A DNA stretch of 57,145 nucleotides from a virus. Lineage: Duplodnaviria; Caudoviricetes. Positions within the stretch are counted from its first letter, which is position 1. Each line of letters opens with the position of its first letter. The stretch is from positions 1 through 57,145 of IMG/VR virus record IMGVR_UViG_3300021085_000037. One strand, given 5' to 3'. Shown here piece after piece: positions 17,401 to 27,700 of the stretch. The notes below the pieces were generated by a model. That model saw only the letters and a list, made by a program, of their open reading frames with translations. It searched no databases and was not told the origin of the DNA. The translations under genes were made by a program, and so were the position numbers.

Positions 17401-19764
17401 ATCCATAGAGTTCATGCTTTCGCTTTCCTCAACGATATATACATTATCGTCTTGCTTCTCTCCCTTTAACTTTACTTTTTCTTTAGACCTATTATTTACA
17501 ACATCAATAGAACCATCTTCATTTTGATTAACAGACTCCTCACCCATCATTACTTGCTGAGTATCTTCTAAATTATCAGTGGTCTGTTCTTCAGTTGTGG
17601 TTTCATCTACCGTTGTTTCATTTTCAGGAGTAGTATCTACCTCTGTTTCTTCAGTAGTTGTTTCATCAGTAACAACATTTCCTGTTGGCTCCCCATCAAT
17701 TAATGTTTCTAAGTCTGATGACTCTTGTGTTACTTCCTCTTGCGTAGTCTCGGTAGGATCGTTCTCGGTCTCTGTGATACTCTCTTCGGTAGTAGTTGTC
17801 TCGGTGTTTCCATCTCCCACTTCGCTGCTAACTTCGGCTTGTTCTGATGCATCCACGCTCTCTGTGCTTGACTCTTGAATGGCATTGTCTTCTTGTTTTA
17901 AACGGTTAATTTCATCCCTACCCTCTTGCATCAATTCAGCTTGTTTAGCATCGATCTGCTCTTGAGTAGGATTATCTATTCCCTCTTCTTTAAGTTGCTC
18001 TATAGTATACTCTTCAGAAACCTCTACTACTTCTTCAGTAGTGTTTCCTTCACCATCATCAGTTCTATTAACCTCAACATCTATAGTACCATCAAGTATA
18101 CCCTCTATTCTTTTATTAATTCTCTCTAACTTCTTTTTACTTATTGGAGTTCTTGGTGTGCCTATCTCTTCTTTTTGAGATTGCAGTTCTACCAGCTCAT
18201 CCAAAGTTTCTTCGTTAGGCATCTTTATATCAGGATTATTATTTAAATCTTGTACAAGTTTATTTCTAATCCTTAATTTCTTTTTTCTTTTTTTGGTAAA
18301 GTCTTTTACTTCTGAATCATTTTCTACTTCAAACTTCATAGCAGCAAAGTCTTTATCAGATGCTTTGTTAACCATGTCAGTATATGTTTGGAGATCAACT
18401 TCTCCTCCATTAATTTTATATACAGGTTTAGATTTTAGTTTACCATAAGCATATGTGAATGGTGCTTTACCAGTACCACCTATAGTTTCAAACCCTATCT
18501 CTCTGGCATCCATATCTTGACCAACAACAAGTCTTGCACCAGCTTCACCTACACCACCACCTATACCTTCAACAGCAGTAGCAGTTGCAAATCTTTTTCC
18601 TTTACCTACTCCTTTAGCAACTTGCTTACCAATAATCTTACCACCCATTTTCATGGTGTATCTATCAACAAGACCAATCACCGCACCACGACCAGCTGAC
18701 TTAGCTCTTATATTAAACATGGCATCTTCATCAGCTAATACTTTTTGAATACCAGCTTCATCAAAATTATCTCCATTCTTTTCTACCTCTTCTCTAAGAA
18801 ACTCTGCAAAGCTCATACCTGTTTCTAAAGCCATACCAGCAGCACCAAAAGCTGTAGGTAAAGCAGCTATTGCTCCAGGAAGAGCACCAACTCCACCAGC
18901 TAAAGCACCAACACCAGCACCACCAGCAACTACAGTTCCAGCGGCAGCAGCCGAAGCTGGGTTAACCATTTGTGTTATTGTTTGTGCAGCTAACTGAGTA
19001 GCAACAGATGGATTATATGCAAGTCCTTTTAAGAAACCAAGCACACCTCCACCAGCTTCCTCATATATTTGATTAAAGCTACGCATCTCATCAGTTTCAC
19101 CTAATGCCTGTAGCTCTTCTTGTGATTTAATAAACTCTGCTATATCTTGTGGGGATGCATCAGAACCTTTAAACATTAAGTCATAAGATTCATCAGCTGT
19201 ATTTCCTTGAACGTAACCTTGTTTACCAGCACGATAAATATCTCCTATAAAATCTGTAAGAAAGTTTTTACCTACCAGCTCTTCAAGCATGGTATCATCT
19301 TCTGCTTTATCAGCAGTAATATTATCTCTGGAATTTCCTTCTCTGGCATTAGCTATTGAATCTCTGCTCGTAGCTATTGCATCTCTTCCAGCTGCAAATC
19401 GAGTTCTTTCATCATTAACTTCTACCGTATCATACGTCCCTCCATCAACATCATATTGATCTTGAGGGTTATTTTGTGGTACGGTTGGAACTGAAACACC
19501 CGAAGAACCAGCGTCTGGATCCATAACTCCAGGAGATTCCATAACCGTTTCTTCCCCAATAACCTCGGTATCGTCTTTTTTTTTTAAGCCATAGGCTTGT
19601 TCAAAAATATCAAGGCTTTCAACCTCAAAGTTTGGTGCAATAATTTCTTCATAAAAAAGTTTACGCTTCTTGTCATCTGCCAAGTAAGCCTCAAATTCTT
19701 TAAAGGTTCCTAAATCATATTCACCTTTTAATGCGTCAAATAACTTTTGTAGTCTTTCGTTCAT
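11473..19764 (-). CDS. Giant virion/ejection protein (polyvalent-like) with HExxH metallopeptidase-like domain
   Basis: 2763 aa at the end of the structural module; Gly/Ala hydrophobic segment, acidic T/E-rich linker, TIAHEVFH..EEYLSE motif, helical C-terminal region. Confidence 0.7.
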   Translation of the reverse strand: MNERLQKLFDALKGEYDLGTFKEFEAYLADDKKRKLFYEEIIAPNFEVESLDIFEQAYGLKKKDDTEVIGEETVMESPGVMDPDAGSSGVSVPTVPQNNPQDQYDVDGGTYDTVEVNDERTRFAAGRDAIATSRDSIANAREGNSRDNITADKAEDDTMLEELVGKNFLTDFIGDIYRAGKQGYVQGNTADESYDLMFKGSDASPQDIAEFIKSQEELQALGETDEMRSFNQIYEEAGGGVLGFLKGLAYNPSVATQLAAQTITQMVNPASAAAAGTVVAGGAGVGALAGGVGALPGAIAALPTAFGAAGMALETGMSFAEFLREEVEKNGDNFDEAGIQKVLADEDAMFNIRAKSAGRGAVIGLVDRYTMKMGGKIIGKQVAKGVGKGKRFATATAVEGIGGGVGEAGARLVVGQDMDAREIGFETIGGTGKAPFTYAYGKLKSKPVYKINGGEVDLQTYTDMVNKASDKDFAAMKFEVENDSEVKDFTKKRKKKLRIRNKLVQDLNNNPDIKMPNEETLDELVELQSQKEEIGTPRTPISKKKLERINKRIEGILDGTIDVEVNRTDDGEGNTTEEVVEVSEEYTIEQLKEEGIDNPTQEQIDAKQAELMQEGRDEINRLKQEDNAIQESSTESVDASEQAEVSSEVGDGNTETTTTEESITETENDPTETTQEEVTQESSDLETLIDGEPTGNVVTDETTTEETEVDTTPENETTVDETTTEEQTTDNLEDTQQVMMGEESVNQNEDGSIDVVNNRSKEKVKLKGEKQDDNVYIVEESESMNSMDPKYDGSEVQQKVQELKIVSLAKMAAKAAKKILPGVNFVLHRTEESYNRATGQTSRASQGKKGSRGLYAPGTNDIHINMANANGKTIAHEVFHAVVFNKYGSDLKIADVTKRMVAALDKKITDPALKEKLKEFSNQYTQYQNEEYLSELIGILADNYKVLNTPEKSLVKKWIAKVSQMVGLSKEVANKLVVQEDDILEVLQSMAENIKEGKQIDEVNLDAFEVSDMGKPVDNAEGNIPNNIEDNGPPINLDATERKSMVDRGGINTNEIERGSINDLSGTNAFVFAADQATYGKTKSPSGLEFMFNGGFLYPYGAQSQGSNAAWVFSNETAANKVLNKAKESDGVGLVMSQASDGITGNLQFYDFLNAEVAHAIKKGASPKEMVAYINEKLKLTKVANGLKKKGLPAQIKSVQELQDLLKTLNFEQRGSFAKTFMSKESYDKFGIYPFSPLKTINADVESAVNDPSIADVSYGDIVSAIQFDKEGKPFKLKEGDPGYHPAYPWAIPGNPIMVFNKAVDVRKVFPNAKPVAGNQTPLGKRKKPLAARSAMGGQYVDTVPSNIDVTGEEISQKDLELLYPETNERQQRSFEFTQDEVDKALDSDKRSVEVIAKGLQPKQGEKVGIRLNLNVLKNKGIPIQTVHKGQVSDKYKRVDGKSGFFGGEAINYAPAVTLKDAHLNTSQLGIYKIKEGITNKTPIASVDGLYQEVPLADTNFDGVEIRFNPMTGNLFETMDGKPVRSVEEATVVGFRVFGRGKIEYFTEANKPKPYTPNEREQKAELNPKQKVTKLAQQNGMNQSGFFSNQLWNPAALRKQLEKQGYGLKAAYRSYGDGGLTGYYITKNGRKYNPPLNERLQQVEFSSEDTNKDIVEKARQMDFSDAAISDYLKRVRKVKADDIEVLLARDGFLIDSIPRAFGNVEGGMNVGKRIYEAVTLQLAKFKKKKPTNGELRQKAFDLLTNNEDFKKQPKIVQDELVSAFDRTLATTANRKIQKTINDIRKGLLKFKQGVKAAQQGKARLRQFIRTALPKGEYSKSVIDRVSNLIEKSSAATYLADAKIVLDIVEAQREKQKKAIIKKIKAIVDKKAGKTLTKSGKERSKGLDAEGQQFFATVKKILDLALDTKRPEALQSLIDELNKPEITIGGKVISVKDVLAKEMRGEKLTLKETKVLEMITALDTFGDIQNMSLEDVTELLAGVKDVRAESIKRLAANRLKRAIAQAQLDEQATNEIKENYPFLFNEDGTLKDENDLDQDARSTWNKFQELKIWDGIKSWANRYQFTSGIGIADFFRKKIAHLGTLMNLMDNVAKGNKFFIDNVYNRINRMETKALEGKQRMLDSMTEGLGGIANSIEGVTKGYKELLTLLPKGTRKLYIKGKEVTITIDEMMRLYALSKNDIQSAKLEKMGYDADVMSEVERTIGPIAVEFVDKVVDFLSNQYFEETNQTYKQVNDVNLNYVANYFPTSTLSENVDSMIMEDGGANFNGIFNAEYDSAFKKRVDREGTLKTGLGFTNVLSAHIDSMERYKAFAEGTKILNNIFSNKAVDTLMQELGVKQVVKNIINVSVNPNSGLKQQASKLAGIMSKFTQYALSFKIIQIPKQATSFVNAYEDYVFSKGGKRTPGLDMIMFMADIAKVIATFPKQVKKAYAMSPDFRNRLAQGLEGDVYGLEAGSRTYKPMSPRASKVQRTIQLLKTAAASPTIIGDVMGVMGYMANYNRNIANGMSKADALQAFNNYNATQQSRRSSDKNMLQLSGDELTRSFTMFGSTLFLQMNKVMSSTTNIMRALKEGKKSDKNQLQKDVRSFTLNLAVANVLFVAVANMMKFSGDDEDEEEAMSRIKDAAMGLNLLYQVPLIGGASEVAIAKARGERGFGDDVMNPYKSIMRKVIKGMKEDNGFKSAQPLLEIAMGAQLDPFIGLFNVLGADIGDTTDDEAVMMMFGISPSYRPSDDGGDGGTSRSTGSRGTGSRGSARSTNSRQKSR

Positions 19765-19780
19765 CTTTATTTATATAAAT

Positions 19781-21754
19781 TTATTCATCTACCCCAGGTA
19801 ACTTCTTCTTATTACTACCACCCTTACTTCTTCCTTTCTTAGACTCAACTGCCTTGTCAATAAATATTTTTATCTGTGGCCATATGTCAGTGTTCTCATC
19901 ATATTTATTTGATGTAGCTGTCTTTCCACCATCAGGATCATACCCTTCTACATCTTGTGGATAGTTAAAAGTCATATCTCCAATTTGGAACTTTAAATTA
20001 TAACCATCTTCACCAGCTGGACTAACTTTAATTTCTTCTCCTCTAAATGCTTCCTCTAATCCAGGAGTATTTTTATTTTTAAATACTTCTTGTAAAACAT
20101 TCTGATAACTTGAAGCAGCCTCTTTTACACTTTCTCTTGCACCATACGGAGTTACACCACCCATATCAGGTATATCATCAATCACAGACTTAACACTTAC
20201 TTCTGCTCCGTCAACAAAAATCTTGGTTCCATAGTCTGGTTGCTCAATAAGATCAGTAGCTGTTTGAGTACCACTCGCATCTGATTTATTTCTATCACCT
20301 ATACTACGTCCTCCAGCAGCTTTTTCAAATGGTACGCTTCCATCAGTAACTTCATTCCAAATAGCTGCACCAATAGCATCTCCACTAAGATCCTCACCGT
20401 CTACTACTGCATCAACAGTAAATGGCTCCTTACCTTTTCTTTGAACTATAAACTGATCACCTACTCTTTTTATTGATTGAATAGGAACATAATTTTTATT
20501 ACCTGAGTTTTGCGAATTAATAGATGAAGCTAATTCAGTAGCAGCTCCTTCTGCTTCAGTCGGATCTGCTGTAATTAAAGTGTCTAATGAATTGAAAATA
20601 TTACCAGCTCTTTCATCTCGCTCACTAATAGCTATTTCATTACCACTTTTAGCTCTGTACTGGAAGGTACTTTCTTTCATAGTTTCTTCACGACCTAACT
20701 TAGCTTTAATAGATCTTATATAGTAATCTTCAGCAGCTTTTTGCTGTCCCTCAGTAATATCTGGTTCAACAAGAACACCATTCTTTTTATAACCCATAAC
20801 AATAACAGGGTTCTGGCTTTGATCTGCATCAGGATTTTCAGATGCCCACTTATCAAAGTCTTCTTGAGATCCCCCAAAGAATGATTGTCCTAAAGAATTT
20901 TGAACACCATTGTCAGCAAGTAAACTACCAGTCTCAAATGGACTTGTAGTAATTGCTTTAGCTTTATCTCTTAAATAAGTCTCAGCTTCTGGTGTCTGCA
21001 TAAAGTCATCAATAGTAACTACTGCTCTTGAGCTACCATCTTTATTCTGAGATGTAGCATTACCAGCTGTAATATAATCACCAAGCTGAGCAACAGTTCC
21101 GTCAACAGCTTTACCTAAATCTAACTTATCAATTTGTTGTTTACTAATAGCTGTCATTCTATTAATACTAATCAAATCATCTGGGCCTGTCATTAGCTCT
21201 CCAGTTTCTGGATCCATTCTTGCAAATGCTAAATTACCTGTAGTTGGATTAGTTACTAACTGCATGTTTTTTAGGTTACCAAATGACTCCATTCTTTCAC
21301 CTAAGTATTGTTCTAAAGAACTTGAAGTTCCAGCCTCAAGTCTTTCTGAATATCTTTTAAAGTCTGCATCCCATTGCTTAGCATTCTTTTGAAACTGAGT
21401 AAATCCTGAGCTAATATTTTGTTTTAGTTTTTGAAAATCTTGAGGTCTTAACTCTCCTCTTTTCATTGCTTGTTCTGCTTCGTATATTGCGTTTGCTGCA
21501 TTGTTAGATCCGTCAATGGTCATATCCATTAACGTCTGGTTGTCCATTGCATCCAGGTTATTTAACGCATCTAAATTCTTTTTAGTATCATCGTCAATGT
21601 CCTGTTTTCTTTTTGCTCTATCATCTGCAACACCAGTAAACGCATCACTTATTACCTTGGCTTGTTCTTGCCAGTTAATACTTTGTGATGGATCTGGTTT
21701 ATCATAAACATCAAAATTTATATTTCGTTTTGCTTTAGTAGGATCTACTGCCAT
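19781..21754 (-). CDS. Putative internal virion/ejection protein (657 aa)
   Basis: Lies between the pilot-like and giant protein genes; N-terminal coiled coil. Confidence 0.55.
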   Translation of the reverse strand: MAVDPTKAKRNINFDVYDKPDPSQSINWQEQAKVISDAFTGVADDRAKRKQDIDDDTKKNLDALNNLDAMDNQTLMDMTIDGSNNAANAIYEAEQAMKRGELRPQDFQKLKQNISSGFTQFQKNAKQWDADFKRYSERLEAGTSSSLEQYLGERMESFGNLKNMQLVTNPTTGNLAFARMDPETGELMTGPDDLISINRMTAISKQQIDKLDLGKAVDGTVAQLGDYITAGNATSQNKDGSSRAVVTIDDFMQTPEAETYLRDKAKAITTSPFETGSLLADNGVQNSLGQSFFGGSQEDFDKWASENPDADQSQNPVIVMGYKKNGVLVEPDITEGQQKAAEDYYIRSIKAKLGREETMKESTFQYRAKSGNEIAISERDERAGNIFNSLDTLITADPTEAEGAATELASSINSQNSGNKNYVPIQSIKRVGDQFIVQRKGKEPFTVDAVVDGEDLSGDAIGAAIWNEVTDGSVPFEKAAGGRSIGDRNKSDASGTQTATDLIEQPDYGTKIFVDGAEVSVKSVIDDIPDMGGVTPYGARESVKEAASSYQNVLQEVFKNKNTPGLEEAFRGEEIKVSPAGEDGYNLKFQIGDMTFNYPQDVEGYDPDGGKTATSNKYDENTDIWPQIKIFIDKAVESKKGRSKGGSNKKKLPGVDE

Positions 21755-21777
21755 GTCTTTTATTTTTTATTATTGCC

Positions 21778-22557
21778 CTACCCAAATAAAGTTGGGAATT
21801 TAGATTTATCTAATCCTAATCCACCGCCAAATTGTGGGGTTCCAGATCCTTGATACTGCATTCCAAACGCACCAGGTGTTTGTTTTCCAAATGCACCTGT
21901 TGTTTGTTTAAGTTGTAAGCCTGGGCCTATTGTTCCTGTTTGTAAATTTAAAGATGGAGACGGAAGTGTTGTACCAGTTGAATTTCCAGTTCCCTTACCA
22001 CCACTCTTAGGAAACAATGGTACAGCAGCTGCTACAGCATTAACAGTAGAACCTATACCTTGAATACCCTGTTGGATTGATGCTGCTCTGGCTTGTTCAG
22101 CTGCGTTCTTACGTTGTTGCTGCTCTTTTGCATTAGCAACATCCATCTGTAATAATTGCTGGTTTACAGCGTCTTTAGATTGAGCCTTAGTTTCTTGAAG
22201 ATCAGAGATTTGTTCCCCCATAGCAATACGAGTTTGCTCTGCATTTGCACCAGCTTGTGCACCTACTCTACCCACACCAGCTGCTAATGCTCTTGCATCA
22301 CCTTCTTGAAGTGCTTCTGTATTTTGTTGAGCTACAGCTAAGTTGTTTTCAAACTCAGCTTCATATGCATCTAATGGAACATTAAGTCCTTCATAAAAAT
22401 CTTTAGATGCTTTTGATTTAGCATCTGCCATAGCTTTCTTAGCTGCTTCATCAGCTTCAGCTGCGGCTCTTTTTTGTTTTGCAGCGTTAGAAAAACTCAT
22501 ACCAGTTGATACTAATGAGGTTCCTATTCCAACTACTGCTGCGGTTACTGCTGCCAT
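21778..22557 (-). CDS. Putative pilot/ejection protein
   Basis: Hydrophobic Gly/Ala N-terminus followed by a Q/A-rich coiled coil, as in podovirus core proteins. Confidence 0.55.
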   Translation of the reverse strand: MAAVTAAVVGIGTSLVSTGMSFSNAAKQKRAAAEADEAAKKAMADAKSKASKDFYEGLNVPLDAYEAEFENNLAVAQQNTEALQEGDARALAAGVGRVGAQAGANAEQTRIAMGEQISDLQETKAQSKDAVNQQLLQMDVANAKEQQQRKNAAEQARAASIQQGIQGIGSTVNAVAAAVPLFPKSGGKGTGNSTGTTLPSPSLNLQTGTIGPGLQLKQTTGAFGKQTPGAFGMQYQGSGTPQFGGGLGLDKSKFPTLFG

Positions 22558-22558
22558 A

Positions 22559-22969
22559 TTATATTTTTTTAATCATTTCGTGAGTATAAGTACTCCCCTC
22601 TTCAAAACCTATCTTCTTATACACATTTATTAATGGTTTATTTTTAATTAATGCGTATATATATTTTTTACCCAACCCTTCTGCTTGGTCACTAATAGTT
22701 TGTATTAATAACTCTAATGCATCTTTTCTTTTTTGTCTATCTTTATATTTAAGATTAGATATAATCCAGTCACACCATACAGCTTTTGAGTTTGTTAAAT
22801 ACATAAACCCAGCACAAATTGGTGTGTCTCCATCATAAACAATAAAACCACCCATTCCATCTTCTGGTAAAAATTCTTTTGTAGGCGGTGTCCATCTCCA
22901 ATCTTTCCACCAATTACAGAGAATGTCTTCATAATCATTTTCTTTTAGCGGTAATATATTTAATTTCAT
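22559..22969 (-). CDS. GNAT-like protein (position analogous to T7 gp13)
   Basis: PICAGFMY..WIISN..LINVYKKIGF resembles a GNAT fold; lies between tail and ejection genes. Confidence 0.55.
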   Translation of the reverse strand: MKLNILPLKENDYEDILCNWWKDWRWTPPTKEFLPEDGMGGFIVYDGDTPICAGFMYLTNSKAVWCDWIISNLKYKDRQKRKDALELLIQTISDQAEGLGKKYIYALIKNKPLINVYKKIGFEEGSTYTHEMIKKI

Positions 22970-22990
22970 TACAGCAAAGATAATAAAAAT

Positions 22991-23755
22991 CTATGGATAT
23001 GATTTCATCACGCTACTACCGACAGAAAACAACTCAACTGGAGTTGTATTAGAGTTTGTCAACGTATATTGCATAAAATATCCACGAGCACCATGAGACT
23101 CTGCTACAGGATTTTTAATAAACAATATAAAAGATCCATTAGCAGCTAATATTCCAGGTGCACCAGTAGGATCTGGTATAGCTTCGTTAATAGTTAATGT
23201 GTTTGTTGCTTGATTAATAGCGGTAACTTGACCAAAGTAAAGAGCATTAGCTGTAGCATAAACATAATCTCCTATACTAATAATACTTCCTAACTCCACA
23301 TTAAACGGAACTGTAAAAGCACCAGGAGCACCACCTATAACAGTACAAGCTCCTATTCCATTTGCCGACCTCATATTAAAATTAACAGTATCACTATTGG
23401 CTCTAAGGAAAGTAAACCACTCTCTTTCTTTTTGTTCAAAATAAGTATTCAACATTGAGCCAGTGCTAAGCTCTGTAAATAAAGCTGTGCAAGTCCAAGC
23501 TGCATCACTTTCATAAGACATAGTTTTAAATAACTTAATAGTCTGTGGTTCTGTATTAAACACAGATGTTATCTCTGAAGCATATTGAACACCATAATAA
23601 TTATTTCTTAAAGCATTAGTATTATGTCTATATAATTGTCCATGTCTAAAACTATAAAAATAACTATTCATACCTATCATTTGATCAGGCTTGTATGAAT
23701 AAAATGAAGGCCAACCTTTGGCTTCTTCGCTATATGTTAGTGTATATGTTGCCAT
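22991..23755 (-). CDS. Tail protein resembling the C-terminal part of tail stabilization/tubular-B proteins
   Basis: TLTYSE..KGWPSFYSYKP, KLFKTMSYES, FEQKEREWF, GARGYFM and VELFSV motifs. Confidence 0.55.
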   Translation of the reverse strand: MATYTLTYSEEAKGWPSFYSYKPDQMIGMNSYFYSFRHGQLYRHNTNALRNNYYGVQYASEITSVFNTEPQTIKLFKTMSYESDAAWTCTALFTELSTGSMLNTYFEQKEREWFTFLRANSDTVNFNMRSANGIGACTVIGGAPGAFTVPFNVELGSIISIGDYVYATANALYFGQVTAINQATNTLTINEAIPDPTGAPGILAANGSFILFIKNPVAESHGARGYFMQYTLTNSNTTPVELFSVGSSVMKSYP

Positions 23756-23756
23756 C

Positions 23757-24695
23757 TTAACAAGGTGTTATATTAATAATTACTCCATTTGCTATCTCTA
23801 AAGAGTTCCATACTCCAGCTATCTGACCTCTAACAAAACCATCTTGAATAGGTACAACTCCGTATGCATCTTGAAATACAAAATCATTTATAGCTGGTAT
23901 ACCAGGTACTCCAGAAACAGGATAATGATATCTTGGCCCAGGAGAAGGAGGACTAACAGTACAAGCCGCAACATGTGTAGGAAAACCAGCTGTTAAATTT
24001 CCAGTAAACGATGGTAATAAAGCTGGACACTCTACTTCTAATGACCATGCGTTAAGACCACCTGGAGCCATCTCTATATTAAAATTAACATTAACAGGAT
24101 TAGTATTTGGTTTTGGTATTATCATTATAACAGTTCCGTAACCACCACCTGGAGTAAGAGTTACCCCACCTGAAGGAGCATCTAAAAAAGGGCCCATTGA
24201 AATAGGAAAGTTGTTAACCCAAGCACCTTGAGAATATATGTACTGAGTACCATTATACTGAGCACCAGCACTACCAGCTGCATTAGTAAGAGGAGTTACA
24301 TTTTCGTCTCCTATAATTCCCTCACAATACCCAAAGTTTGGAGAAGAATATTCACTTGCACTTTGACCATCATATGTCCATGTACATCCAGCTACAGAAT
24401 TAGCACCCACTGTAAACTTAACCACTATTGCACCTTGAGTATTCCCGACACCAACATCAGCAACATAATTTCCAAACGCACCAGCATTATCAGCTAAAGG
24501 AGCTGATCCACAATTATATATGCAAGAAGGACACGCAACTGCATTAGATAAAATTCCTCCAGTAAGCTGTCTATATATTCCACCTTGAGCATAATACCCA
24601 TTTGGTGCTGGAGTCAAGAGCTGCTGATCTAACCACAAACCTGTAGCCATTGCAAAACTTGTTCCGTCATAATAATAATTTCCTAATGTTGCCAT
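23757..24695 (-). CDS. Putative virion structural protein (Gly/Pro/Cys-rich, beta-rich)
   Basis: Within the tail module; shares a module with the C-terminus of the 1608-aa protein. Confidence 0.55.
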   Translation of the reverse strand: MATLGNYYYDGTSFAMATGLWLDQQLLTPAPNGYYAQGGIYRQLTGGILSNAVACPSCIYNCGSAPLADNAGAFGNYVADVGVGNTQGAIVVKFTVGANSVAGCTWTYDGQSASEYSSPNFGYCEGIIGDENVTPLTNAAGSAGAQYNGTQYIYSQGAWVNNFPISMGPFLDAPSGGVTLTPGGGYGTVIMIIPKPNTNPVNVNFNIEMAPGGLNAWSLEVECPALLPSFTGNLTAGFPTHVAACTVSPPSPGPRYHYPVSGVPGIPAINDFVFQDAYGVVPIQDGFVRGQIAGVWNSLEIANGVIINITPC

Positions 24696-24708
24696 ATTTA
24701 TTTAATTT

Positions 24709-27700
24709 TTAACAATTGTCTGAAGCTATTACTGCTCCGTTTGCTCCAACTTGAATCCATATTTTAGGTGCTGCACTCGGTTGAACAGGAGAAACAATGT
24801 AATACCCAGGTGGCACATGTTGACTTATGTCACACGCAGTTCCTTGATAACACACTTCACCAACTTGCGGAATAGAACCTGTTCCATGGAACGACCAGAA
24901 GTTAGAACCAGGACTATTTGTATCTGTATTACACACTAAAGTTTCACTAACTTGAACTGGGCCAAACCAAGTAGTTGTACAAACTGGAGAGCAATTTCCA
25001 CAACAAACATCTGATACAGTAGCTGCTGAATAGCATAATTGAGATTGAGTTGTTTCTCTTAAATCCCAAACTAAATATAAATAGTTGTTTGCTGGTGGCA
25101 TATTTACACCAGTAGTAAGAATACTTGATTCATAAACACCAGTTGAAGGGTTTAGTATTGGAACTAAATCTATAAGGTTAGGATCTTGTAACAATAAATT
25201 CATACCCGCTGGTGTATTTGGATACAAAGCATTGGAAGATAATAATCTAAGTTTATCCTGTAAAGGATCAAAGTCATAATCATCAAACCCTTGTTTTGAT
25301 GTACTCATATTGATTGTAGATCCTGAGTATGGATATGATCCAACTGATGCCTGACCAGTTTGAGAAATATATTCCGATGGACTTCCTTGTGTTAACGAAG
25401 CCAAAGAAGTTGTTACTGGACTTATTGTAGTTCCGTCTGCCCAGTTATATCTATAATGAATAAACTTACCACTATCACTTGGAGAGTTAAGAACAATTCT
25501 AATAACAGTCAAGTCATTACTTGGTGGGCAGTCAACAGTTATACCATAAGATGCAGTACCTTGAGGTGTTACTTTTATTTCTACATCATTTGGAGTGTTA
25601 GTTGTTTTTTGGAATGAAAGTGTTCCTGAAGAATTTACTACTCCACTTGAGAAAACTGTACTATTCCATGTTGCTTCTACCAATATACTACCACTCGTAA
25701 CGGTATAAGGTATATTTATTTGACCTATAGACTGACCAAGATTAACAGTGTATGCTAATACATTTGTTGCATTAACTTGTGTTAAATTAGTTCCACATGC
25801 AGTTCCTACTGCTGGTGTTGGAATATCTCTATCGTTAGTACTTATTACATACTCATTCATATAAGGATCAAATCCACCAATCTTTTGTGTTCCCAATTGA
25901 GTTATAAACTGGTCTCTAAACCATGAACGCATACCATAAGATGAAATAATTTGAATCTGGTCATTACCTCTTGATGTTCCTCTTAGATTAATTACAGAAG
26001 ATCTTTTAGTATCAGTAAAGAACATGTCAGCTCCCCATGCAGCAAAACTTTCTGGATTAAAACTAATACCATATTCTTCAATACGAGCTACCTGTGTTCC
26101 TAAAACTTCAGGTACAGATGCTATTGCTCCTCCTCCAGTGGAATCAGTAATAACATTTTTAGATGCTAATACATAAGATATTCTATCTTCTTGTAAAGTA
26201 AGAATATCTGTTTCTCTTGAGTATAATAATTGTATTGGGCCAAATGAAGGCTCACAATCTTTATAATTAACTAAACCTAAATTAAACTCATTTAAGTTAT
26301 TAGAGTTAGCAGCACCACTGTACACACCACTATATGTCATTCCAGCAAAACGATCTGCCTCTTTATAATCTTGATTAGAAACAGCTGTTACTCTTTGTCC
26401 CATAACCATATACTTAGTTGCTGGAGAGTCTGTTATTCTAAAACTTTCTACTCCATTACCAAATGTAAAGCAGTTACCAAAAGCTAATGTTTGTATTAAA
26501 TCACTACTAACACTTGATTGATCTGTATTAGATCCCCCTGAAGACTTATGATACCTTTGACTATCAGCTGGATCAGTATATATATCCATCATTTCTGAAG
26601 CATCATAAAATAAATTTGGATCAACCTCTTCAGGTTCTGTTTCCCAAACAATCAATTGTCCTCCACGAGTTATTTCAATTTTTGTACCTACATGACCTGG
26701 TCTTTTATCTCCCCAAAAAGAACTACATCTTGGAATACCACAACGATTTCTAAACTTAAGGTCACCAGTAGATGCGGTTTCATCTCCATAGCAAAACAAT
26801 CTTGTTGTAAAACATGCAGCACTAATAGAGCCAGAAGTTGCATAAGGGCCAGATCCACTATTTAAAAATTGTTGACAAGCCATTTCATGAGAAGAACCAT
26901 CTGTCATATCTCTATTATCTCCATACCACCATCTATAAAAGTTAGGGTAATCAATAGATGATATCCATGATCTATCTAAACGATAATGTTTGTCTGTACA
27001 GTTATTTCCTTTTTGACCTCTCCAGTTATTAATAACTACTCGTATTGTAGAACCAGCTGGTAAATCATAAGGGCCAGTATTTGTTGAGGATGATGGAAAG
27101 TTTAATGAATAACTATTAGAAAGATTACAACTTGTGCTGTTAGATTTGGATGATTTATTACCGTAGTTGATATTGGCATCGTCACCTATCTCTGTGTTAA
27201 AGCCACCTGGTTTTATAGACATATATAATCCAGCTAAACTTCCTGGATTTAATAAATCACCAGCACCATATGCTTTTATCTCTAATATCTTACATATCTC
27301 TTCTTGGTTAATAGGGCCTAATGTATCCATCTTGATAATTAGGTTCATCCCAGTTTGTGCTATGTTAGTATTATCTCCTTCAAGTTTAAACCAGAAAACA
27401 GAAGCATCTTCAGGATCTTCATAATACTGACTTGAATATAATGTTTGATAAAGTCCTTCACTTGGCTTAACAACAAATTTATATTTAGTTGCCCAGTATG
27501 GAGGTAAGTTACTTAATGTAACTCTTATAGTGTTTTTATCTGGAGAAGCAGATGGTGGAACAAAAATAGTATTATCATTAGCAACTAACGCAGTAGATGC
27601 TCTACCATAATCATCCATATAAACAATTGCAGTTTCATAATCTCTATTACTATGTAAGCTCAAAGTGTTTGATACTAATAAATATCCAGCAGTACTTGAA

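Noticed and set aside
11473-19764. Giant protein as a virion RNA polymerase
   Set aside because: No DxDGD double-psi-barrel motif or recognisable T7/N4-type polymerase motif was seen. A profile search would be needed to exclude a very divergent enzyme.
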